This document shows positions 1 through 7,020 of a stretch of 20,000 nucleotides of DNA, piece by piece. Positions within the stretch are counted from its first letter, which is position 1, and every line of letters starts with the position of its first letter. Below the pieces are notes generated by a model that searched no databases, was not told where the DNA came from, and was given only the letters and a program-made list of their open reading frames with translations. Both the position numbers and the translations under genes were made by a program. The DNA lies in the IMG/VR virus record IMGVR_UViG_2061766007_000671; one strand, 5' to 3'. Origin of the DNA: an uncultured virus (IMG/VR IMGVR_UViG_2061766007_000671) (taxonomy: Duplodnaviria > Heunggongvirae > Uroviricota > Caudoviricetes).

Positions 1-78
1 GCCGCCTATGATAACTCCGGTGACGGGATCGTCGCAGGTTATCTCTTTCAAAATGTTGTCGATTTGGTTTATGCTCAT
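1..78 (-). CDS. Hypothetical protein, 5' part only (MSINQIDNILKEITCDDPVTGVIIGG...), runs off the window
   Basis: ATG at 78-76 overlaps the TAA stop of the upstream ORF (TAATG); GAGAGAGGGG purine tract upstream; open to the window edge. Confidence 0.55.
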   Translation of the reverse strand, partial: MSINQIDNILKEITCDDPVTGVIIGG

Positions 79-296
79 TAAAAGCCGTCCCCTCTCTCAT
101 GTCTCATATTCTCTGTTTCCATCTCGTCAATCGTTCGCGTGAGCTTCAAGCACATCGCACTCAACTCATTTCTGGCATTGGCCAACTCCTCGATAGCGTC
201 TGCGGCCTGCTCCATATAAATCACCGCCATGCCGTACCGCGTCCCATGTTTAGAACATTCACGCAGCGTACTTACCAGTTCCGTATAATCAGCCAT
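78..296 (-). CDS. Small hypothetical phage protein (72 aa, coiled-coil, 'EQAADAIEEL' type)
   Basis: ORF with GGAG RBS, packed between neighbours. Confidence 0.7.
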   Translation of the reverse strand: MADYTELVSTLRECSKHGTRYGMAVIYMEQAADAIEELANARNELSAMCLKLTRTIDEMETENMRHERGDGF

Positions 297-298
297 AG

Positions 299-703
299 TT
301 ACTCCACCTTCTCAATCTTCACGGCGGGTTCTTTGCCCCAGATGTATACGGACGCATCCGTTGTCCAGTGGTCTTTCGGCTCCGGCCTCTCCAGATACTG
401 CTGATGCCGAATCACAGACCAGATGTCCTCGGCGTTAATCATGCTCTCGGTTTTGTCGCACTGCCACGGCTGCGCAATGCGGAAGCCGGTCTCGAAGACC
501 ATCTTTGCGGCATCGCGCCGGTGGAGGAAGTCATCGAATTTCTGGTCGTTCTTCGGATCATCCTTGTCGTACTCCCAACCGGCCAACGCCACCTCATCGG
601 TGAAGTCCCAGAACTGTCCCATTCTGGTGCGGAAATAATCTTCCAACGCCACCTTGATGACATTGAGCTGGACTTCATTAAGTTCAAGTTTATATGTACT
701 CAT
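299..703 (-). CDS. Hypothetical protein (134 aa)
   Basis: ORF with GGAGGTG RBS; start abuts upstream stop. Confidence 0.75.
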   Translation of the reverse strand: MSTYKLELNEVQLNVIKVALEDYFRTRMGQFWDFTDEVALAGWEYDKDDPKNDQKFDDFLHRRDAAKMVFETGFRIAQPWQCDKTESMINAEDIWSVIRHQQYLERPEPKDHWTTDASVYIWGKEPAVKIEKVE

Positions 704-903
704 TTATCCCCACCTCCATAATTTTTCTCCCACCACGCCTTTGCTTCTTCCGGCGTGTCGAAACTCATGTCGCCCATGAGGAGCGCCTGCTCCACCCACG
801 GCTTTCCGTAGGCGTAGCCGATGGGGCGGATCGTACCGTCCTTCTCCTGCACATAGTTGGTGTATAGCATCAGATTCGTGCTGTTATCACCGTAGGTAGT
901 CAT
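700..903 (-). CDS. Hypothetical protein (~67 aa, MTTYGDNSTN...)
   Basis: Start re-assigned to ATG 903 (ATGA overlap with ASCH stop, GAGGTGG RBS). Confidence 0.65.
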   Translation of the reverse strand: MTTYGDNSTNLMLYTNYVQEKDGTIRPIGYAYGKPWVEQALLMGDMSFDTPEEAKAWWEKNYGGGDK

Positions 904-1400
904 CCATCCACCTCTTCCACATATGTCCATGATTGCGGCGCTCTTTTCAGATTGCATTCCGTACAAGATTCGCATGGGGAGTACAGCGCATAAACATGAG
1001 CGCATGGCGCTGTCTGCTCTGTGCGATTCCACCGCTTGAACTCAGAAATCTCTTTCGGCTCTGCGTACAGCTTCAAGTCCGTGATATGCCAACCATAGAG
1101 CGTCTTGCCCTTGGCATACTCATACAGTTCTCTCGGTGGAACGAGACTGCCAAGGGAGAGTTCCGCAAAGTCTGCACGGCGTGGCTGAAACGGGTCGCAC
1201 CAGTCGCAGATGAACTCGCCGATGACATACCCAGTCCATCCGTGGTATTTGATAGGGTCATCCATTTTGGTGCAGTAGATGTAGCACTTGAACGGCGGCA
1301 GAAGTTTCGGCTTAGTTTTGCGCACCTCAATGGTTTTCTTGCCGGAAGCAATCAGTTCGCACCACTTCGGATTGATACTGATAAGCACCGCCTGTTTCAC
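900..1400 (-). CDS. ASCH (PUA-like) domain protein
   Basis: N-terminal LISINPKWCELIASGKKTIEVRK carries the ASCH GxKxxExR signature; later VIGEF and LYGWHI motifs. Confidence 0.85.
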   Translation of the reverse strand: MKQAVLISINPKWCELIASGKKTIEVRKTKPKLLPPFKCYIYCTKMDDPIKYHGWTGYVIGEFICDWCDPFQPRRADFAELSLGSLVPPRELYEYAKGKTLYGWHITDLKLYAEPKEISEFKRWNRTEQTAPCAHVYALYSPCESCTECNLKRAPQSWTYVEEVDG

Positions 1401-1428
1401 TCTTCATCCTCCCTGTCGATGTAGGTTG

Positions 1429-1896
1429 TCATTCATCATCGTCCTCGGAGAAAAGCGCGTTGAGCAGTTTCTTGTACCGATCAGCCGCTTCGTGGGAAGC
1501 ATCGAACACTTCCCAACCATCTCCCAGTTCTTCCGCAATTCCCTGCGCCATACTCTCGTAGTCGAACACCATACCTTCACCGAGTGAACCGAAAATAGGA
1601 TCGCCGTGATTCCACCCAACGAACGCTGCGTAGGTCTTGTCACCGTTGGAACTGATTACCATGAAGTCACCGGGCATCTCATGGATGGCGCGAATCTCAT
1701 CGGGCGTCTTGGCGTTTTTCAGTTCTTCCTGATACAGAAACCGTACAATGTCGTTGTAGGCGAGATGCACCATGGCACGATGGTCTTTGTCAAAACGGCT
1801 GTAGTTCGTGTCAACATTCTTGCGCAGATAACGAATATGCTCACGCAGTTCCCTCTCGCGGATATACCTCTGTCCGCCAATTACGATCTTCTTCAT
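1429..1896 (-). CDS. Hypothetical protein (155 aa)
   Basis: ORF with GGAGG RBS, protein-like composition. Confidence 0.7.
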   Translation of the reverse strand: MKKIVIGGQRYIRERELREHIRYLRKNVDTNYSRFDKDHRAMVHLAYNDIVRFLYQEELKNAKTPDEIRAIHEMPGDFMVISSNGDKTYAAFVGWNHGDPIFGSLGEGMVFDYESMAQGIAEELGDGWEVFDASHEAADRYKKLLNALFSEDDDE

Positions 1897-1986
1897 TTAA
1901 TCTTCCTCCCTATCAATATGTATGTGTATTGCCGTGACGATGCACAGCGCGGTGAACATTATCAGGTAGATGCCGAGGTCAATCAT
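1897..1986 (-). CDS. Micro membrane protein (29 aa, MIDLGIYLIMFTALCIVTAIHIHIDREED)
   Basis: Manually read ORF exactly filling the gap between two genes; one hydrophobic helix. Confidence 0.45.
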   Translation of the reverse strand: MIDLGIYLIMFTALCIVTAIHIHIDREED

Positions 1987-2281
1987 CGGCGCTGTCCTTT
2001 TTGGCTATTCCGTTTGCCCGGTTCTTGTACCGCTGCGGAAGATCGAGCACCGTGATGAGCGTGAAGTCGTGGAATATCCAGACCTTCTCACCCCAGACCC
2101 GGATATTGTTGGCGCTCTCATTATAGTAATAAAGAGCGTCCAGATATCGGCGCAGACTGCCGGAGAAATCCTGGCGCGTGTATCCGTCGGTCAGTGCTTT
2201 CCGCGCCATCTTCGTTACAGCGCTGCGCTTGACGCCCGTGCGCTTGCGCAGTCTTTTGTCGGCGTGTCGCGTGATTTTCAT
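1979..2281 (-). CDS. Basic hypothetical protein with ITRHADKR N-terminus (DUF4258/RelE-like fold candidate)
   Basis: TxHAxxR motif and terminal 'TLITVL' strand; GTATGA overlap with upstream stop. Confidence 0.55.
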   Translation of the reverse strand: MKITRHADKRLRKRTGVKRSAVTKMARKALTDGYTRQDFSGSLRRYLDALYYYNESANNIRVWGEKVWIFHDFTLITVLDLPQRYKNRANGIAKKDSADD

Positions 2282-2658
2282 ACGGCGTTCACCGCCTTTT
2301 CGATGGCCTCGATCTTGCGATTGATTTTGTCGCGCTGGGTACGAAGGTCAACGTACTCATAGTTGCCCGCATCCCACGCAATGAGATCGCCGTCATGGTA
2401 TTCCTCCGGCATCTCAAAGCAGCTCTCCCAGTTGTGGATAGCCCGGAAAAGTTCGACGGCTTTCTCCTCGTTGCGAATGACGAAATACATGAACTTTTCA
2501 TATACTTCGTCCAACCTGAACGGGATGATGTTAAACTCGTCATCAAGAAAGATGACGGCTTCATTGGCGTCGTCGAACCGATGCTCGTAGGCGTAGCAAT
2601 CCGCCTCGGAGTAGAACTCTTCTCCGTCATCTGCGACGTATGTGATTACTTTCTTCAT
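2278..2658 (-). CDS. Hypothetical phage protein (126 aa, YVADDGEEFYSEADCYAYE)
   Basis: ORF with AAGGAG RBS; N-terminal 'YxAxDGxxFxxExxCxxYE' pattern. Confidence 0.75.
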   Translation of the reverse strand: MKKVITYVADDGEEFYSEADCYAYEHRFDDANEAVIFLDDEFNIIPFRLDEVYEKFMYFVIRNEEKAVELFRAIHNWESCFEMPEEYHDGDLIAWDAGNYEYVDLRTQRDKINRKIEAIEKAVNAV

Positions 2659-2692
2659 GCTTTCACTCTCCTTATCTCCTTTTATTAATTGA

Positions 2693-2825
2693 AACTACAC
2701 ACAAATTCAGCGTTGGCATTCCTTTCGGATTCTCGCTTCAACGATCACCGCCTGCACTTGCGAGGTCTTACACGATCTCCACGAGCGTTGGGTTTGGGTG
2801 TGCCCCACCCTACCGTATCTGAAAG
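2693..2825 (-). ncRNA. TnpB omegaRNA/reRNA (scaffold to ~2713, predicted guide 2712-2693)
   Basis: Non-coding stretch directly 3' of tnpB with IS200/IS605-type scaffold motifs GTAGGG...ACGCTCGTGGAGA..GTAAGAC...CGTTGAAGCGAGAATCC; hairpin GGGTG-GGGCA-CACCC whose loop can pair with 3' TGCC(AA). The true 5' end may lie inside the CDS. Confidence 0.7.
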
Positions 2826-3941
2826 CTACGCCAACAGGCGCAGACCCTCATTTAAGATGTTTGTTGCGGCGTTGATGTCACGGTCGTGGACAGTGCCGCA
2901 TTCCGGGCAGACCCACGAGCGGACGTTCAAATCCTTTGTGTCCTTGTTCTGGTAGCCGCAGTGGGAACATAGTTGGCTGGACGGGAAGAACCTGTCCACC
3001 ACGGAGATTGTTTTGCCGTACCACGCAGCTTTGTAATCCAACTCTCTGCGGAACTCGTAGAACGAAGCGTCGGACACAGCCTTGGCAAGATGATGGTTAC
3101 GGCGCATACCGTCAGCGTTCAAGTCCTCAATGCATATCACATCGTAGTTGCGTATCAATTCCGTAGTCAGTTTCTGCATATTGTCTCTCCGCTGATTGGA
3201 AATGTGTTCATGCAACCGTGCGACCTTGACGCGCTGCTTTTCCCAACGCTTGCTCCCCTTTGTTTTTCGAGAGAGTTCACGTTGTAGACGCGCTAAACGC
3301 TTCTCGGCTTGATAGGTGTATCGGTTGTTAGGATACTTCACTCCATCCGATGTGATAGCCAGGTCTTTGATACCGAGGTCAACGCCTACCACTGCGTCAG
3401 TTTTGGGAAGAGGATTGATCTCTACATCAGTGCAACAGACAGATACATAATATTTTCCAGATGGGAGCTTTACTATTGTTGCGTGAGTAATCCTACCATG
3501 CACGTCTTTACTTCTGGAAAACCGTATCATACCAACTTTCGGGAATCGTATGTAGTTACCCTCTATCCGAATTCCATTACTATTATTTGAAGATGTATAT
3601 GACTGACGATTTCTTTTTTTGGTTTTGTACTTTGGAAAACCCTGCCGTGTGAATTCGTGATTGCAGGCCAAGAACCTGCTAAACGAATCTTCCAAATTCT
3701 TTAGTGCCCACTGTAAGGAGGTTGAGTCTGCATCCTTGAGCCAGGGGTATTCTGCCTTTAGGGGCCGCAAAAGACTCGCACACTCATAATAATTGAGCGT
3801 TTTTCTATACTCCTTGTACTCCAAAATTCTACGTTCAAGAAAGTAGTTAAATACAAACCTCGCACAACCAAACATTTTTTCGATTTCCACTTCCTGCTCT
3901 TTGTTTGGGTATAGTCGAAACCGATACCTACAATAACTCAC
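2826..3941 (-). CDS. tnpB: RNA-guided endonuclease TnpB (IS200/IS605/IS1341 family), 371 aa
   Basis: N-terminal [11 protein letters not shown]...[10 protein letters not shown]; RuvC-I GVDLG, RuvC-II IEDL, zinc finger CSHC...CPEC, Ruv[12 protein letters not shown]; all three catalytic acids present. Confidence 0.95.
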   Translation of the reverse strand: MSYCRYRFRLYPNKEQEVEIEKMFGCARFVFNYFLERRILEYKEYRKTLNYYECASLLRPLKAEYPWLKDADSTSLQWALKNLEDSFSRFLACNHEFTRQGFPKYKTKKRNRQSYTSSNNSNGIRIEGNYIRFPKVGMIRFSRSKDVHGRITHATIVKLPSGKYYVSVCCTDVEINPLPKTDAVVGVDLGIKDLAITSDGVKYPNNRYTYQAEKRLARLQRELSRKTKGSKRWEKQRVKVARLHEHISNQRRDNMQKLTTELIRNYDVICIEDLNADGMRRNHHLAKAVSDASFYEFRRELDYKAAWYGKTISVVDRFFPSSQLCSHCGYQNKDTKDLNVRSWVCPECGTVHDRDINAATNILNEGLRLLA

Positions 3942-4135
3942 GAACTACCCTCCCGTGCGTCTTCGTCTTCTTCGCAACAACGAACTGGCGGATGACGGTC
4001 TCTGAATTTGTGCTGTCGGTTTTGTCTGCACCAATCGCATGAGCCGTGGTTGCGGCAGGTGCAGTCGATGGCTTTGCTCCCACGGTACATCTGCCGCTTT
4101 TCTTTGTGGTGCTCTATAGCTTTATCAAGGCTCAT
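3938..4135 (-). CDS. Small Cys/His putative zinc-binding protein ([14 protein letters not shown]...[10 protein letters not shown])
   Basis: ATG 4135 with GAGGT RBS; CxNHGxCxxC motif; stop overlaps tnpB GTG start (GTGA). Confidence 0.7.
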   Translation of the reverse strand: MSLDKAIEHHKEKRQMYRGSKAIDCTCRNHGSCDWCRQNRQHKFRDRHPPVRCCEEDEDAREGSS

Positions 4136-4145
4136 GACGGATACC

Positions 4146-4354
4146 TCAAATGAAATCATCAAGTTTCATTTTCTTTTTTCGGCTTTGCTTTTTCAGGTCT
4201 TCCAAAAACTCTGGAACATTTATCATATACTTTGCCCCCGTCTTAATGTGGGGGATTGTTCCGTTCCTTACACCTTGACGAAGGTAGCACATAGATAACC
4301 CTGTGAGGTCGCTTACATCCTCTAACTTCGCAAAGTACACTTCTTTTTTGCCAT
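4146..4354 (-). CDS. Excisionase-like (HTH_17/MerR-type) DNA-binding protein; start ambiguous or frameshifted
   Basis: LEDVSDLTGLSMCYLRQGVRNGTIPHIKTGAKYMIN fits the xis-family winged HTH; the RBS-preceded ATG (4354) is out of frame by -1. Confidence 0.7.
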
Positions 4355-4371
4355 GTTTGTACACTCCTTTC

Positions 4372-5301
4372 TTATTTGTTGAACACATTTGCCACAGCCA
4401 TCGCCGGGGCGTTCACGCTGAACCGTGCGGCGTAGATCTTCGTGGTCGCCACGCTTGCGTGACCCATCGTCTCGGAGATCAGCTCCATCGGCACGTTGTT
4501 CTCCAGAAGCACCGACGCATAGCAGTGGCGCATGGCGTGGGAGCGGCAGGACTTGTCCTCTCCAAGCACCGCCTTGGTGTAGTACTTGATGCGCTCGGAC
4601 AGTTCCACCCTGGTCATCTGATTCCAGTTCCCACGCTTGTCCACAGAGCCGAAGAGCCAGTCTTCATCCCCGGCGGTACTCGGACGCAGACCGCTCTCCA
4701 GATACGCTCTCACGGCGTTCTGTGCCGCCTGAGAGAAGACCACGGCGCGGGGCTTGTCGCCCTTGGTGTCCTGCGGAAACGCCACGCCGTTCTCCCAATC
4801 CAGATCGCACGGACGGAGAGAACGAATCTCGGAGTTGCGAAGCCCCGACTGGAGAAGCATCGTGACCTCTGCCTTTTCGCGCAGCCATGTGGGAGATTTC
4901 CGGCCATGCGTCGGCTTCTCGCAGTTGATGAGAACCTCGGCATCCTCATCCGTGAGAACGTGCTCATACGGCTTGCTCCGCTCCGTGTTCAGCTTCTTCT
5001 TGGAGGGCATCATGTCCTCGTCGAAGAACGGCGCGTCCACGATCTCGCGGCTCACGGCGCGGTTGGACAGCGCCCGGATGTGCGTGAGGTACAGCGCCAG
5101 AGAAGTTGCCTTGACACCTGCGTTGTCTGCGAACTTCCACACCGCGTCCATGCAGACATCGGCGTATCCGTTGCGCTCCATGCTCTCACGGAGCAACTGG
5201 AACGTCTTTGTGTAGCTCTTGATACTGTCCGCAGACAGTTCGTTGCGCTTCATGGTGGTCACATAGGCTTCCACAGCCCTATCGTATTTTTCAAACATCA
5301 T
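4372..5301 (-). CDS. Tyrosine recombinase/integrase (XerC/D-like, 309 aa)
   Basis: Catalytic motifs SGLRNSE (R), TKGDK (K), SHAMRH (HxxR), MGHASVATTKIY (H, Y); AAGGAGAGG RBS. Confidence 0.93.
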   Translation of the reverse strand: MMFEKYDRAVEAYVTTMKRNELSADSIKSYTKTFQLLRESMERNGYADVCMDAVWKFADNAGVKATSLALYLTHIRALSNRAVSREIVDAPFFDEDMMPSKKKLNTERSKPYEHVLTDEDAEVLINCEKPTHGRKSPTWLREKAEVTMLLQSGLRNSEIRSLRPCDLDWENGVAFPQDTKGDKPRAVVFSQAAQNAVRAYLESGLRPSTAGDEDWLFGSVDKRGNWNQMTRVELSERIKYYTKAVLGEDKSCRSHAMRHCYASVLLENNVPMELISETMGHASVATTKIYAARFSVNAPAMAVANVFNK

Positions 5302-5335
5302 GTCCTCTCCTTTCTTGTCCGTTGTTGTGCAGGTC

Positions 5336-5485
5336 TTACTGCCGGTTAATCATCTTGTTGAATTTCTCTACGGCTTCCTTTACATTGTCCGCCTGGATTC
5401 TGTGGCGCGTGACTTCGTACTCATCTCCGGCGAGATTGAGATACACTACGACGGTGAACGTATTCTTCGTCACCTGATTTTTCAT
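5336..5485 (-). CDS. Small hypothetical protein (49 aa, MKNQVTKNTFTVVVYL...)
   Basis: Manually read ORF filling the intergenic gap. Confidence 0.5.
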   Translation of the reverse strand: MKNQVTKNTFTVVVYLNLAGDEYEVTRHRIQADNVKEAVEKFNKMINRQ

Positions 5486-5493
5486 CTTTCCGT

Positions 5494-5823
5494 TCAGAAC
5501 CACGGCTGTGTCTCCTCTTCTTCCGGCTCTTCCGGCACATTTTCAAATTTGGTTACGACTTCCTGCCGCACGGTAACGACGCCAACAACGCCGACCACCT
5601 TTGCCGGAGGGAAGTAGCCGCCGTTGGCTTCGCACAGAACTCTGGTGATTTTGTCTGATGCCAGCCAGTTCTCACAGAACGCCGTGACGATGTGCTCACC
5701 GGCGCGGTCTTCCACGCACAGCTTGTCGCCGGGGCGAATGTCTTTGTCGAGCGGCAGCTCGTAGAGGTACGCCCGCTTCGTGAAATTGGGGTGCTTGCAG
5801 TAGACCAGGTTGCGGTATCTCAT
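5494..5823 (-). CDS. Hypothetical protein (109 aa)
   Basis: ATGA coupling to upstream gene, AGGAAG RBS. Confidence 0.7.
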   Translation of the reverse strand: MRYRNLVYCKHPNFTKRAYLYELPLDKDIRPGDKLCVEDRAGEHIVTAFCENWLASDKITRVLCEANGGYFPPAKVVGVVGVVTVRQEVVTKFENVPEEPEEEETQPWF

Positions 5824-6185
5824 CCTTGCACTTCCTTTCGTTTTTCTTCCAGATATTTCTGAATCTGTTTTTCAAGCCTGACAACAGCGGAACTTTTTCT
5901 TCGCAGACAGGCGAAATCGGCAAGCACATCCAGCGCACCCTCCGTATCACGAAAGTGGCTGTACATCTCCGCCAACTCTTCCAATGAGTAGCCGTATGTC
6001 TTCTCCGGCTCCTTCTTTTTGGTAGCCTCCGTCTGGGCATTCATCATAGGGCTGAACAAATCCGATCCGCCTATTGCGCGGCGTCTCAGCCTTGCGTAGT
6101 CCACTCCGATAAGCCTTGCAAAGTCCGCCATTGTCATCACCTCTCCCCTGTACATCACATAATACTTGTTGTTTATACTGTTCAC
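5820..6185 (-). CDS. Putative DNA-binding (HTH-like) protein
   Basis: YRGEVMTMADFARLIGVDYARLRRR resembles small phage HTH modules; GTG start at 6185 chosen because the longer frame overlaps a terminator. Confidence 0.55.
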   Translation of the reverse strand: MNSINNKYYVMYRGEVMTMADFARLIGVDYARLRRRAIGGSDLFSPMMNAQTEATKKKEPEKTYGYSLEELAEMYSHFRDTEGALDVLADFACLRRKSSAVVRLEKQIQKYLEEKRKEVQG

Positions 6186-6234
6186 CGCCCTTCGTTGACG
6201 GGGTATGATAACACGGTTGTCAAGCGGATTCGGA

Positions 6235-6268
6235 TAAAAAAAGAGCCGCACATTTCTGTGCAGCTCTT
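6235..6268 (-). terminator. Rho-independent terminator
   Basis: Minus strand AAGAGCTGCACA-GAAA-TGTGCGGCTCTT followed by TTTTT, 20 nt after the stop of 6289..6954. Confidence 0.8.
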
Positions 6269-6288
6269 GGCTGTGTTTGTGTGGAGTT

Positions 6289-6954
6289 TTACTTGAAGTC
6301 GTCCCAGATGTTTATGAGTTGGAAGACAGCCACGGCCACTCCGTTCTCGACGGACATCCGGGCATCGTCAGCAATCTTCTTCATCTCGGTGAGCGCCGTT
6401 TTCTCAGCGCTGTTCAGATTTTCAGAGAAGAACACGAGCTTCACCTGTGTCCAGTTGGACTCATTGTCGAACACCGGGAGTCCGAGAAGCAGTACGTCCG
6501 CATTTTTGCCCAGTATTTCTGCGTATCTTGTGAGCAAAGCCGCCTTTGTTTTTGCTTCCCGGTTTTTCTTCGTGCCTTTATTGCCGCCGACTACGGCGTT
6601 GGAAACCATTTCGACAAAGTTGCTGTCGTTGAAGCCCATGTCCGTGAGAATCTTGACAGCCTCCTCAACCGTCATCACTTTCTGGCTTGAAACAAACCGA
6701 AGCGCATCGTCGATGTCCAGTTCTACGCCGCACTCATGAGACTCCAACATCTGCTCCGTCGCCAGATCTATAATGTCGCGGTCGGTGATCTCCGGGTGCT
6801 TCTGCATCAGCTCCCGAATATAGCCGCGCTTAAAGTCAAACTTATCCTGCTCAAAATAAGCTATCAGCTCATCATTATCACGCATTTTTTCAACTTCCCG
6901 GTCTACAGAATCCCAGTCGATTCCGTCGAAAATCTGGTCCCATGTATTGTCCAT
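6289..6954 (-). CDS. Acidic hypothetical protein (221 aa), moron-like
   Basis: Long ORF with AAGGTG RBS, own promoter and terminator. Confidence 0.8.
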   Translation of the reverse strand: MDNTWDQIFDGIDWDSVDREVEKMRDNDELIAYFEQDKFDFKRGYIRELMQKHPEITDRDIIDLATEQMLESHECGVELDIDDALRFVSSQKVMTVEEAVKILTDMGFNDSNFVEMVSNAVVGGNKGTKKNREAKTKAALLTRYAEILGKNADVLLLGLPVFDNESNWTQVKLVFFSENLNSAEKTALTEMKKIADDARMSVENGVAVAVFQLINIWDDFK

Positions 6955-6986
6955 TTGCGTATCACCTTTCTACAGATTTTGAAATA

Positions 6987-7020
6987 ATTATAGCGGCCTG
7001 ATATCGAAATATCAAGCCGC
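6987..7020 (-). promoter_or_regulatory. SigmaA/sigma70 promoter embedded in a 28-bp inverted repeat
   Basis: TTGATA (7015-7010) - 17 nt - TATAAT (6992-6987); GCGGCTTGATAT-TTCG-ATATCAGGCCGC at 7020-6993. Confidence 0.8.

Noticed and set aside
2669..2692. Alternative omegaRNA end at TTCAA (2689) with guide TTAATAAAAGGAGATAAGGA
   Set aside because: TCAA resembles an IS605 right end, but the earlier GGAATGCCAA aligns better with the GGAGTGTCAA-type end and can pair with the GGCA loop. Kept only as a fallback.
4303..5349. 348-aa plus-strand ORF and other long plus-strand ORFs
   Set aside because: These are antisense shadows of well-supported minus-strand genes in GC-rich DNA, with no RBS or motifs.
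6195..6223. TTGAC-N19-GTCAA inverted repeat with TTGACA and TATCAT/TATGAT hexamers
   Set aside because: The -35/-10 spacing is only 7 nt (minus) or 3 nt (plus), so it is not a canonical promoter; a single copy is too weak to call an operator.
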